Both the position numbers and the translations under genes were made by a program. Below, in pieces: positions 29,946 through 41,320 of a DNA stretch of 64,000 nt. The stretch comes from Xanthobacteraceae bacterium (GTDB lineage Bacteria > Pseudomonadota > Alphaproteobacteria > Rhizobiales > Xanthobacteraceae). The DNA lies in assembly GCA_035699705.1 (NCBI GenBank), contig DASSPI010000089.1:130-64129 (forward strand). Reading direction: 5' to 3'. Every line of letters starts with the position of its first letter. Positions within the stretch are counted from its first letter, which is position 1. Below the pieces are notes generated by a model. That model ran no database searches and was not told where the DNA came from. It worked only from the letters and a program-made list of their open reading frames with translations.

Positions 29946-30866
29946 ATGCAAAGTCCCGTCATCTTCGACCGCCGCTTGTTGCGCGCCCGCCGGCGCCGCG
30001 CCGCCGCGCTTGGCCCGGCGGATTTCCTGCTCGCGCGCGTAGCGGATGATCTGGCCGAGCGGCTTTCCGGCGTGCTGCGCCGCTTCGATCTTGCTGCCGA
30101 CCTCGGGACGCCCGGCGAACACCTGCGCCAGGCGCTGGCCGCAAGCGGCAAGGTGGGAAAAGTGATCGCCGTCGATGCGCTGGCGGATTTCTCTCTCTCC
30201 CGTTTAGGGGGAAGGGTCGGGGAGGCGGCGCCGCTTGTTGCCGCCGACGAGGAGGCGCTGCCGTTTCGAGAGGGTTCGCTCGATCTCGTCGTGTCGGCGC
30301 TGGCGCTGCATTTCGTCAATGACCTGCCCGGTACGCTCATTCAAATTCGCCGTGCGCTGAAGCCCGACGGGCTGTTTCTCGCTGCGCTGCCCGGCGGAGA
30401 GACGCTGACGGAGTTGCGGCAGGCTTTTGCCGAGGCCGAGACGGAAATGGAAGGTGGGGTGTCGCCGCGCGTCGCCCCCTTTCCCGACCTGCGTGACATC
30501 GGCGCTTTGTTGCAGCGTGCGGGCTTTGCCCTGCCGGTGGCGGATACCGAGCGGCTGACCGTGCGTTACGCCACGGTCTTCGCGCTCATGCATGATCTGC
30601 GCCGCATGGGCGCGGCCAATGCGCTGATCGAGCGCCGCCGTGTGCCGTTGCGGCGCGCGACACTGATGCGGATGGTGGAGATCTACGCGCGCCGCTTTGC
30701 CGATCCCGACGGGCGCCTGCGCGCGACTTTCGAGATCGTCTGGCTGTCCGGCTGGGCGCCGGATCCAAGCCAGCAAAAACCGCTGCAACCGGGATCCGCG
30801 AAGATGCGGCTGGCCGACGCGCTTGGCACCAAGGAAATCCCGGCGGGGGACAAGGCGGAACGCTAG
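29946..30866 (+). CDS. SAM-dependent methyltransferase (BioC-like fold)
   Basis: 306 aa from internal ATG MQSPVIFDRRLLRARR. LDLVVSALALHFVNDLPG..IRRALKPDGLFLAA methyltransferase core. Divergent from comF, as in other alphaproteobacteria. Confidence 0.8.
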   Translation: MQSPVIFDRRLLRARRRRAAALGPADFLLARVADDLAERLSGVLRRFDLAADLGTPGEHLRQALAASGKVGKVIAVDALADFSLSRLGGRVGEAAPLVAADEEALPFREGSLDLVVSALALHFVNDLPGTLIQIRRALKPDGLFLAALPGGETLTELRQAFAEAETEMEGGVSPRVAPFPDLRDIGALLQRAGFALPVADTERLTVRYATVFALMHDLRRMGAANALIERRRVPLRRATLMRMVEIYARRFADPDGRLRATFEIVWLSGWAPDPSQQKPLQPGSAKMRLADALGTKEIPAGDKAER

Positions 30867-30875
30867 CGGCGTCCG

Positions 30876-31070
30876 CTATTTCAGCCCGGTCGAAACGGAT
30901 TCGAACTTGGCGTTCGTGGTGGTGCCGATCGAGTTTACCGCGGCGATGATGGCGACGGCGATGCCGGCGGTGATCAACGCGTATTCGATGGCAGTGGCGC
31001 CCGACTCGTCGCGCGCGAAACGCCGTGCCTGACCCGCGACGCAGGAAGTCAGTTTGGTGAACCGACGCAT
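30876..31070 (-). CDS. Flp-family type IVb pilin (orphan)
   Basis: 64 aa from an internal ATG. Flp motif RDESGATAIEYALITAGIAVAIIAAV. Confidence 0.8.
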   Translation of the reverse strand: MRRFTKLTSCVAGQARRFARDESGATAIEYALITAGIAVAIIAAVNSIGTTTNAKFESVSTGLK

Positions 31071-31099
31071 GTTCGTTCCTCCCGTTTCGTGGCCTTGTC

Positions 31100-31498
31100 T
31101 CACAACAGCGCCATCAAATGCGCCACCAGCGGCTCGTCCGCCGGCGGCATCGGATATTCCCGCAGCCGGTTCGGCCGCACCCAGGCGAGCCGTTGCCCTT
31201 CCAGCGGCATCACGCTCCCCTCCCAACGCCGGCACACGTAAAGCGGCATCACGAGATGGAAGTCCGCATAACTATGGCTCGCGAAAGTGAGCGGAGCCAG
31301 GCACGCCTCCTTGACGACAATTCCCAATTCCTCGTTCAGCTCGCGGATCAGCGTCTCCTCGGGCCGCTCGCCGTGATCCACTTTGCCGCCGGGAAATTCC
31401 CAAAGTCCCGCCATCGGTTTGCCGGCCGGACGCTCGGCAAGCAGCACACGGCCGTCGGCATCGATGAGGGCGCAAGCAGCGACGAGAAGGATTTTCAC
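31100..31498 (-). CDS. mutT: (Deoxy)nucleoside triphosphate pyrophosphohydrolase, MutT/Nudix
   Basis: 132 aa. Nudix box GKVDHGERPEETLIRELNEELGI. Confidence 0.88.
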   Translation of the reverse strand: MKILLVAACALIDADGRVLLAERPAGKPMAGLWEFPGGKVDHGERPEETLIRELNEELGIVVKEACLAPLTFASHSYADFHLVMPLYVCRRWEGSVMPLEGQRLAWVRPNRLREYPMPPADEPLVAHLMALL

Positions 31499-31555
31499 GC
31501 TCGAACCCTGACGCAGTTTGGGGTCTTAGGATTAACTTGAAATCAACGCGCAAGG

Positions 31556-31570
31556 TTAAGCGGGTATTAA
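31556..31570. promoter_or_regulatory. CtrA-box-like motif TTAA-N7-TTAA
   Basis: TTAAgcgggtaTTAA. It overlaps the argJ stop codon, 58-72 nt upstream of the mutT ATG. A half-match TTAA-N7-TCAA lies at 31532-31546. This is the only perfect TTAA-N7-TTAA I found in the window. Confidence 0.3.
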
Positions 31571-32802
31571 GACCGGTAATGCGCGTTGATCTCGATGTAT
31601 TCCTTGGTGAGGTCGCAGGTCAGCACGCGGTCGCTGCCACGGCCCAGCCCGAGGTCGACCTTCAACTCGATATTCGGCTGCTTCATCACCTCCGACACCT
31701 TGGCTTCGTCATAGCCGGGATCGCGCTGGCCCCTGTGCGCCACCCGGATGCCGCCGAACCAGATCGAGAGCTTGTCCCGGTCAGCCGGCTCGCCGGCCTT
31801 GCCCACCGCCATCACCACGCGCCCCCAGTTGGCGTCCTCGCCGGCAATCGCGGTCTTCACCAGCGGTGAATTGGCGATCGACATCGCGATCCTGCGGGCG
31901 GATTTTTTCGACACCGCGCCTGCCACCTTGATTTCAACCAGCTTGGAGGCGCCTTCGCCATCGCGCGCGACCTGCTCGGCCAGATCGCACAGCACCATGT
32001 CGAAGGCCTCGCGGAATCCGCGCAGCCGGCGATCGGTGGCCTTGCTGATGCGCGGTGCGCCGGCGGCGCCGGTGGCGAAGGCCAGCAGCGTATCGGAGGT
32101 CGAGGTGTCGCCATCGATGGTGACGGCATTGAAGCTGTCCGACACGCCGTCCTTCAGCAGCTTGCGCAGCGCCGGGGCGCTGATCGCGGCGTCGGTGAAA
32201 ATGAAGGAGAGCATCGTGGCCATATCGGGAGCGATCATGCCCGCGCCCTTGGCGATGCCGGTGATCGTGACCCCGGTCTTGCCGATATTGGTCTTCGCCG
32301 TTGCCACTTTCGGGAAAGTATCGGTGGTCATGATGGCTTTCGCGGCGTCGAGCCAGCGGCCGGGCGCGGCGTCGGATGCCAGTCGATCCATCACGCCGGT
32401 GAATTGCGTCGCCGGCAGCGGCTCGCCGATCACGCCGGTGGAAGCCAGGAAGATTTCGCCCGTTTTGCAGCCCAAGGTTTTCGCGGCGAGATCGGCGGTG
32501 AACTTCGCCGCGGCACGGCCGTCGCGGCCGGTGAAGGCATTGGCGTTGCCGGAATTGACGACGAGCGCGCGCGCTTTGCCGCCCCTGGCTTTCTCGCGGC
32601 ACCACTCCACCGGCGCCGATGGGCATTTCGACTGGGTGAAAACGCCCGCCACCGTGGTGTTGCGGTCGAGCACGACCAAAAGAACATCGGTGCGGTTGGC
32701 ATAGCGGATGCCAGCGGCGGCGGTCGCGAGTTTCACGCCCGGCACGGCCGGCGCATCGGAAACCAGCGGAGGGGCGAGGGGAGAGACTTTGGAAGTTGCC
32801 AT
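31567..32802 (-). CDS. argJ: Bifunctional glutamate N-acetyltransferase / amino-acid acetyltransferase
   Basis: ArgJ motifs (..[10 protein letters not shown].., ..[10 protein letters not shown].. self-cleavage region, ..INAHYRS C-terminus). Start chosen at [11 protein letters not shown]; the ATG at 32820 is also possible. The first 35 codons of the track ORF are REP-encoded. Confidence 0.93.
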   Translation of the reverse strand: MATSKVSPLAPPLVSDAPAVPGVKLATAAAGIRYANRTDVLLVVLDRNTTVAGVFTQSKCPSAPVEWCREKARGGKARALVVNSGNANAFTGRDGRAAAKFTADLAAKTLGCKTGEIFLASTGVIGEPLPATQFTGVMDRLASDAAPGRWLDAAKAIMTTDTFPKVATAKTNIGKTGVTITGIAKGAGMIAPDMATMLSFIFTDAAISAPALRKLLKDGVSDSFNAVTIDGDTSTSDTLLAFATGAAGAPRISKATDRRLRGFREAFDMVLCDLAEQVARDGEGASKLVEIKVAGAVSKKSARRIAMSIANSPLVKTAIAGEDANWGRVVMAVGKAGEPADRDKLSIWFGGIRVAHRGQRDPGYDEAKVSEVMKQPNIELKVDLGLGRGSDRVLTCDLTKEYIEINAHYRS

Positions 32803-32815
32803 AGGTCCCAACATC

Positions 32816-32930
32816 GTCATGGCCGGGCATAGCCCGTCGAAGACGGGCGTAAACGCCCTTATGTCCCGGCCATCGTTCTGGACTGAGGCATAAAAGACGC
32901 CGATGCCCGGCACAAGGCCGGGCATGACGA
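32816..32930. repeat. REP-like hairpin cluster (GTCATGGCCGGGCAT...ATGTCCCGGCCATCG; CGATGCCCGGCACAAGGCCGGGCATGACGACG)
   Basis: GC-rich palindromic units between argJ and the PPIase gene. Related to the GTCATGC/GCATGAC-ended units at 45528 and 48685. Confidence 0.65.
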
Positions 32931-32946
32931 CGTCTTGTGAAGCGAC

Positions 32947-33978
32947 TTACTTCTTCTGTTCGGCGGGAGCCGGAGTTGCGGGCGCTGCCGCGGGCGCGTC
33001 CGCCGGCTTGTCCAGGCGCTCGATCTTGGCGCCCTCGCGCAGCTTGGCGAGATATTCCGACTGCGCCTTGCGCGCCACGAAAGTCTCGAGCTGCGGTTTG
33101 ACCTGCTCGAAATCCGGCAGCGGCCGGGTGCGCTTGTCCTCCACCAGGATGACGTGCCAACCGAAGGGCGACTTCACCGGCTCCGAAAGCTGACCCTTTT
33201 CCAGCTTGAAGGCGGCGTCCGCGAATTCCGGCACCATCTGGTCCTTGCTGAAAAAGCCGAGATCACCACCTTCCGCGGCCGCGCCGGGATCCTTCGACTT
33301 GGATTTGGCGGTTTCGGCAAAGTCGGCGCCCTTTCGCAGTTCTTCCTGGACCGCCTTCGCCTCTTCCTCGGTTTCCACCAGGATGTGACGGGCGTGCACT
33401 TCCTCTTCCGGCTTCATCTGCTTGGTGGCGTCGTCATAGATCTTGCGCATGGCGCTTTCGGTCGAAGCGGCCTTGGCTTCGGAATCGAGCAGCTTCGCCA
33501 TCAGGAGCTTCTTGCGGGTGAATTCGAGCTGCTGCTTGAACTCGTCGCTGTCGCCGATCTTCTTGGCTTCGGCGGCCTGCGTCAGCAGGATCATGTCGCC
33601 GACATAGGTGACGAGATAGTCGCGTTTTGATTCCGGCGGCACCTGCGTCATCTGCTGGCCGATGTCTTCTTCAGCCAGCTTGATGTCGCCTTCGCGGATT
33701 TCGACGCCATTGACCTTGGCCACCACGGGGCCTTCGCTCTGGGGCGTGACGGCGGCGGACGAGCCGGCAGGGGCCGGCGTGCCGGAGGCCATCGCTTTGC
33801 TGGCGGCCGCCGTTGTGCCGGCCACCGGCGCCATCTTGTTGTCCTTGGACGCGGTATCGTCCGATCCGGGCCAGCAGCCGCTCACCAGAACCTGCAGGAC
33901 GATTGCTGCGAGCAGGCCGGCCCGGCGATAAGGCAGGCGGAAACGGTCTGTGCGAACTGGAAGCGAGGTGGAAGTCAT
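32947..33978 (-). CDS. Peptidylprolyl isomerase, parvulin/SurA-like, probable lipoprotein
   Basis: 343 aa from the internal ATG. Signal with lipobox (LVSGC). PpiC domain EVHARHILV...FGWHVILVEDKR. Confidence 0.85.
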   Translation of the reverse strand: MTSTSLPVRTDRFRLPYRRAGLLAAIVLQVLVSGCWPGSDDTASKDNKMAPVAGTTAAASKAMASGTPAPAGSSAAVTPQSEGPVVAKVNGVEIREGDIKLAEEDIGQQMTQVPPESKRDYLVTYVGDMILLTQAAEAKKIGDSDEFKQQLEFTRKKLLMAKLLDSEAKAASTESAMRKIYDDATKQMKPEEEVHARHILVETEEEAKAVQEELRKGADFAETAKSKSKDPGAAAEGGDLGFFSKDQMVPEFADAAFKLEKGQLSEPVKSPFGWHVILVEDKRTRPLPDFEQVKPQLETFVARKAQSEYLAKLREGAKIERLDKPADAPAAAPATPAPAEQKK

Positions 33979-34235
33979 AACGCGGTCCTTAAGATGAGGG
34001 GGCGCTTGAGGTGCGGCGACAGTCGCGCAATCAGGCATGCTTGGCAATGGCGGGAAAGTAAGCCCAAACTACGACAATCCAACCCCTGAAAGCGCGTTTG
34101 GCAGCGTAATCGCGGCAATTGACAAGGATGGGACCCCCTCCTATCTCTCGCCCATCCCCTCGGCCGTCCCGCGGGGACATCTTTTGTTGCCCGCTTGGCA
34201 GAAGTCCGAAAAGTGCTGCAATTCCAGGATGCTCT

Positions 34236-34287
34236 GGTGGGGGCGGTCAGGCTGCGGCTTTGGTGGGGGCGGCCAGGCTGCGGCTTT
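34236..34287 (+). repeat. Tandem duplication, 2 x 26 bp (GGTGGGGGCGG[T/C]CAGGCTGCGGCTTT) in the secA leader
   Basis: Copies at 34236-34261 and 34262-34287 differ at one position. Confidence 0.9.
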
Positions 34288-34369
34288 CTAGCCGAAGCGG
34301 TGCTAATGGTTGGATCGTGACGCCGAACGGGGCTGCAAGCTCCGGCACGCGGCGCCTGAAAGGATTTTG

Positions 34370-37162
<2,793 letters not shown>

Positions 37163-37189
37163 GCGCGACGCGCAGACCGAAAATAAAAA

Positions 37190-37209
37190 CGGCCGGGAAA
37201 TCCCGGCCG
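37190..37209. terminator. Bidirectional intrinsic terminator hairpin between secA and the L,D-transpeptidase gene
   Basis: CGGCCGGG-AAAT-CCCGGCCG, flanked by AAAATAAAAA upstream (a T-tract on the minus strand) and TCGCTTTAT downstream. Confidence 0.7.
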
Positions 37210-37214
37210 TCGCT

Positions 37215-38867
37215 TTATCTCAACAGATTTGACCGTGGAGCGGACCAGCCGACGCCGAATTGGCCGGCGGGAATCATCGGCGCGGCGCCGGAGAGCAGGC
37301 TGGGGCTGGCGGTGGCGGGTGCACCGTTAAACGCCGACACCGGCGACTGCGGCCGGATCGCACCGGCGTTGGCCACCTTCGACTCGGGAGCTTCCTGCGG
37401 CTCCGGCAGCGGGGTGGGCTTGGCCTCGGCCACTGCGGAAGGCGCGGGTTTCGGCTTGGCGACCGCGGCGGGTGCCGGCTGTGCGGCCGCCGTCGTGGAG
37501 CCGCGCAGACCGGTCGGCTTGGCGGCCTGCGCCGGCGAGGCAGGGACACTGTCCTGCCCGGTGAACAGCCGGCTGAGGAAATTCTTCGTCGCGTCGACGC
37601 CGGGTAACGATGCGGTCTGCGTCGGATTGGCGGCAATGGAAGCAGCCTGTGCGGGCCGCGCCGCCGCTTGCGCAGACGCACGCGCGACGATGCTGTTGGA
37701 GCGCGGCGCGGCAGGCTGCGTCGCCGCAGGCGCCGCTGCGGCGGCCGGCTGCGCGGGCGGAGCGGCAGCGATCGCCACATTCGACGGCGGATTGACGGTC
37801 GGCGGGATGGTGCCAGGCGCTTTGACCGGGATCAGGCGTTCGACCTCACCGTCCCGACCCTTGACGGCGCGGCCGCCTTGCAGCGCTTCGGCAAACACCT
37901 GGTGCATGCCGCCATCGGTCGCCATTTTGACCGGCGCCGCCGGCGTACCCCGGTTGATCAATGCCGCAATCGCGATCTCGTCCTTCTTCTGTTTTTCAGC
38001 AACCGCGGCCGCGATCTCGCGCGGCACTTCATAGACCGGGCATTGCGCGCGCGGGCTGAAATTCAGCGGCTCGCTGCCGTCGGACTGATCGGCGTTGAAC
38101 ACATAGCGTTTTTCACAGACGTCGACTTTCGGCTCGACCCGCGTGACTTCGAAGTGGTCATAGCCTTCCTTCAGCATCTTCCAGAACGGCATATGCGGGC
38201 TGTTGCGATGCTTCGCCATATTGGTCGGCGTCATGCGGAACGGGAAAGCCTGGATCTGGAAAGCGCGCTGACCGCCGAAGAAGGATTCGCGCGCTAGCGC
38301 GTAGATCTCCGCGATCTGCTCATCGGTCATCGCGTAGCAGCCGCGCGATGAACAGTCGCCATGGATCATCAGGTGAGCGCCGGTACGGTCGTTGGCTCTG
38401 TCATAGGCATTGGGGAAGCCCATGTTGACGGCGAGGTAATACTGCGAAGCCGGATTCATCAGGCCGGGCGTGATGGTGTAAAAACCCTCGGGCGCCTGGC
38501 GGTCGCCTTCCCTGATCTTCGGACCGAGATCGCCGGACCAGCGGCAGATCGGGAAGGTCTTCAGCAGGGCCATGCGGCCGCTGTTGTCCTGTTTCCAAAC
38601 CTCGAGCTCCGACTCCTGCTTGAACAGGCGGATCAGGATCGGCGATTGCTTGGCCATATTCTTTTGCGCCATCTCGCTCAGCATCTGTTGCGAGATGGGC
38701 TTCATCGCTTTCGCGGAAGTCGCGGGGGTGGTGCCGTCGGTTTCGCAGCCGGCAAGCGCGACGGCTGCGGCAAGCGCGGCCGAAGCCAGCAATACGCGGG
38801 CCAGAGGGCTACGATTCAACGCAGGACTCCCCGACGGCTGACGGTCCCCAAAACCGCCATTGACCAA
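37215..38867 (-). CDS. L,D-transpeptidase-family (YkuD/YafK-like) lipoprotein with a long Ala/Pro-rich C-terminal tail
   Basis: 550 aa. Lipobox LAGC. Catalytic region GAHLMIHGDCSSRGCYAM. The C-terminal ~230 aa are low-complexity A/P/Q. Confidence 0.8.
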   Translation of the reverse strand: MVNGGFGDRQPSGSPALNRSPLARVLLASAALAAAVALAGCETDGTTPATSAKAMKPISQQMLSEMAQKNMAKQSPILIRLFKQESELEVWKQDNSGRMALLKTFPICRWSGDLGPKIREGDRQAPEGFYTITPGLMNPASQYYLAVNMGFPNAYDRANDRTGAHLMIHGDCSSRGCYAMTDEQIAEIYALARESFFGGQRAFQIQAFPFRMTPTNMAKHRNSPHMPFWKMLKEGYDHFEVTRVEPKVDVCEKRYVFNADQSDGSEPLNFSPRAQCPVYEVPREIAAAVAEKQKKDEIAIAALINRGTPAAPVKMATDGGMHQVFAEALQGGRAVKGRDGEVERLIPVKAPGTIPPTVNPPSNVAIAAAPPAQPAAAAAPAATQPAAPRSNSIVARASAQAAARPAQAASIAANPTQTASLPGVDATKNFLSRLFTGQDSVPASPAQAAKPTGLRGSTTAAAQPAPAAVAKPKPAPSAVAEAKPTPLPEPQEAPESKVANAGAIRPQSPVSAFNGAPATASPSLLSGAAPMIPAGQFGVGWSAPRSNLLR

Positions 38868-39072
38868 TCATTAGCCTTAAGCCGGCGCGGTCGCAACGTG
38901 TTGATCTCCCCCAACAAGGTTGAACACCGTCATGGTGAACAAAGGGTAAACCCCAGCACAGAGTACCGCAATTGAGGAAGATTTTCGCCCCCCGCCCGAA
39001 AATGGAACCGCCCGACCGGGACCAAGCCACCATCCAGCCACGAGTTTATGCCGAGACTGTGGCGGGCTCGGG

Positions 39073-40029
39073 TCAGCCCAGGCTGCGGCCGATCGACAGG
39101 AATTTCTCCCGGCGCTGGCGGCGCAGGGTTTCCTGGTTGAGCGCGCGCAACTCCCCCAGGGCGCCGGCGATGGCTTCGCCGGTCGCCGCCATCACCGCTT
39201 GCGGGTCGCGATGCGCCCCGCCCACCGGTTCGTTCACGATCAGGTCGATGACGCCAAAGCGTTCCAGATCCTGGGCGGTGATCTTCATATTGGTCGCCGC
39301 TTCCTGCGCCTTGGAGGTATCGCGCCAGAGAATCGAGGCCGCGCCTTCCGGCGAGATCACACTGTAGATCGCGTGTTCCAGCATCAGCACGCGATTGGCA
39401 GTGGCGATAGCGATCGCGCCGCCCGATCCGCCTTCGCCGATCACCACCGCAATGTTGGGAACGCCGAGGCATAGACAGGCTTCGGTCGAACGCGCGATCG
39501 CTTCCGCCTGGCCGCGTTCCTCGGCGTCGATCCCGGGATAAGCGCCGGCGGTGTCGACCAATGAAATCACCGGGATCTCGAAGCGGTCGGCCATCTCCAT
39601 CAGCCGCACGGCCTTGCGATAGCCTTCCGGTCGCGCCATGCCGAAATTGTGTTTCAGCCGCGTCTCCGTGGTGGAGCCTTTTTCATTGCCCAGGATGCAG
39701 ACCGGTTCGCCGCGGAAACGGCCGAAGCCGCCGAGGATGGCGGCATCGTCGCCGAATTTGCGGTCGCCGGCGAAAGCCTGGAAGTCGGTGATCAGCGTAT
39801 TGACGTAATCGATCGCGTGCGGCCGCTGCGGATGCCGCGCGACCTGCGCCTTCTGCCAGGGCGTGAGATTGGCATAGAGGTCTTTCAGCGTTTGTATCGC
39901 CTTGGCCTCGATGCGGCTGATCTCCTCGGCCACCGCGCTGGACTCGCCCTCCGGCTGCACGCCGCGCAGCTCGTCGGCCTTGGCGTCGAGCTCGGCCACC
40001 GGTTTTTCAAAATCGAGATAACTGCGCAT
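39073..40029 (-). CDS. accA: Acetyl-CoA carboxylase carboxyltransferase alpha subunit
   Basis: 318 aa. LDFEKPVAELDAKADELR N-terminus and DTAGAYPGIDAEERGQAEAIA. Confidence 0.96.
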   Translation of the reverse strand: MRSYLDFEKPVAELDAKADELRGVQPEGESSAVAEEISRIEAKAIQTLKDLYANLTPWQKAQVARHPQRPHAIDYVNTLITDFQAFAGDRKFGDDAAILGGFGRFRGEPVCILGNEKGSTTETRLKHNFGMARPEGYRKAVRLMEMADRFEIPVISLVDTAGAYPGIDAEERGQAEAIARSTEACLCLGVPNIAVVIGEGGSGGAIAIATANRVLMLEHAIYSVISPEGAASILWRDTSKAQEAATNMKITAQDLERFGVIDLIVNEPVGGAHRDPQAVMAATGEAIAGALGELRALNQETLRRQRREKFLSIGRSLG

Positions 40030-40068
40030 GAAGCTGAAAATCGCGCCGGATCGAGGGGTTGAGCGGGC

Positions 40069-40185
40069 AGCGCATGATCCGGCGAAGTGGGAACCGGTTC
40101 GCCGATAAGATCATGCGCCAGGTTAACAAGTTAGCGCGCGATCGGACGCAAAACCGGTGTCCACTTTTGCTGCTCGCGCGCTAAC
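40069..40185 (+). repeat. Composite REP/MITE-like element (nested hairpin GCGCATGATCC..GGCGAAGTGGGAACCGGTTCGCC..GATCATGCGCC, then GTTAGCGCGCGA-N32-TCGCGCGCTAAC)
   Basis: 10-bp outer stem and 6-bp inner stem. A 12-bp perfect inverted repeat at 40130-40141 / 40174-40185. Relatives at 41200..41290 and 50197..50662. Confidence 0.75.
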
Positions 40186-40251
40186 CGCAAGCGGCGGAAA
40201 CTGGCCCGCAGCCGCATTCAAGTCAAGCAAAGCCCTTTTGCTTGGTTCCCG

Positions 40252-41205
40252 TTATTTGTCGGTCAACGGATGCAGGTCGCGGACCAGGCTCTTCAGCCGC
40301 TCCTCCAGCACATGGGTATAGATCTGTGTCGTTGAAATGTCGGCATGGCCGAGCAGCGTCTGCACCACGCGCAGATCCGCGCCGTTGTGCAGCAGATGGC
40401 TGGCGAAGGCATGGCGCAGCACATGCGGGCTCACCTGCGCGGCTTTCAGCCCGGCCTTGGCGGCGAGCGTCTTGAGGTCGCGCGCGAAATGCTGACGGGT
40501 GAGATGGCCGCTCTCGCCGAAGGAGGGGAACAGCCATTTGGTCTCCGTGCGTTCCGGCCGCGCCGCCAGCAGCGCCAGGTAATCGGCCATTGCGCGCTTG
40601 GCGGAGTCGTTGAGCGGAACGAGCCGTTCCCTCTCGCCCTTGCCGCGCACCACCAGCATGCGCGCATCCTGCCGCGCCGCCGACAGCGGCAGCGCGACCA
40701 GTTCGGAAACGCGCAAGCCGGTGGCGTAAAGCACTTCGAGCAGGCAGGCAAGGCGCGCGGCGCGCACCCGCTCCGGCGCCTGGCGCTCGGGATCGGCGAC
40801 CTCGGCATGCGCCTGCTTCAGCAGAGCATCGACGTCGGCGATCGACAGGATTTTCGGCAGGGTCAGCCCGCGCCTGGGTCCTTCCAGCACGGCAGCGGGA
40901 TCGTCGCGCCGATGATTTTCCGCGTAGAGGAAACGGTAGAACTGGCGAATGGCCGACAGCCGCCGCGCCACCGACGAGGCCTTGAAGCCGCGTTTCGCCA
41001 GCGCGCCGAGATAATCGCGCAGCTCATCGGTTGCCGCCCTGGCGATGGCGCCGCCGTTGGCGGCGAGTGTCGCCGACAGGTCCTCGAGATCGCGCCGATA
41101 GGCGGAGAGCGTATTGACCCCCGCGCCACGCTCGGCCGCGAGCATGTCCAGGAACAGCTCGATCAGGGTCTGGTCGGAAGATTTGGTCTGGCGGGCCATG
41201 CGCAT
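40252..41205 (-). CDS. xerD: Site-specific tyrosine recombinase XerD
   Basis: 317 aa. Catalytic residues in context (..ATGLRVSELV.., ..HVLRHAFASHLL.., ..LGHADISTTQIYTHV). Housekeeping context (accA / aroK). Confidence 0.92.
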   Translation of the reverse strand: MRMARQTKSSDQTLIELFLDMLAAERGAGVNTLSAYRRDLEDLSATLAANGGAIARAATDELRDYLGALAKRGFKASSVARRLSAIRQFYRFLYAENHRRDDPAAVLEGPRRGLTLPKILSIADVDALLKQAHAEVADPERQAPERVRAARLACLLEVLYATGLRVSELVALPLSAARQDARMLVVRGKGERERLVPLNDSAKRAMADYLALLAARPERTETKWLFPSFGESGHLTRQHFARDLKTLAAKAGLKAAQVSPHVLRHAFASHLLHNGADLRVVQTLLGHADISTTQIYTHVLEERLKSLVRDLHPLTDK

Positions 41206-41290
41206 GATCCCGAAAAGCTTGTCCCGGACTCGATCCGGGATGGGAACCGGATTTCGGATTAGATCATGCGCCTATTTACAATTAGCGCGC
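41200..41290 (+). repeat. REP/MITE-like element of the same family and orientation as 40069..40145
   Basis: GCGCATGATCC...GGGAACCGGATTTCGGATTAGATCATGCGCC..TTACAATTAGCGCGC. The left arm overlaps the xerD start codon. Confidence 0.7.
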
Positions 41291-41320
41291 TCTCCCGCGG
41301 GGAGGGCGTCTAGTGTGGCA

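Noticed and set aside
40252-41205. The tyrosine recombinase as the integrase of a mobile element or genomic island
   Set aside because: It has the full XerD-type sequence with an N-terminal SAM-like domain, and sits in a conserved housekeeping neighbourhood (accA, aroK-aroB). There is no tRNA or att-like target and no cargo genes. The flanking repeats belong to a dispersed REP family.
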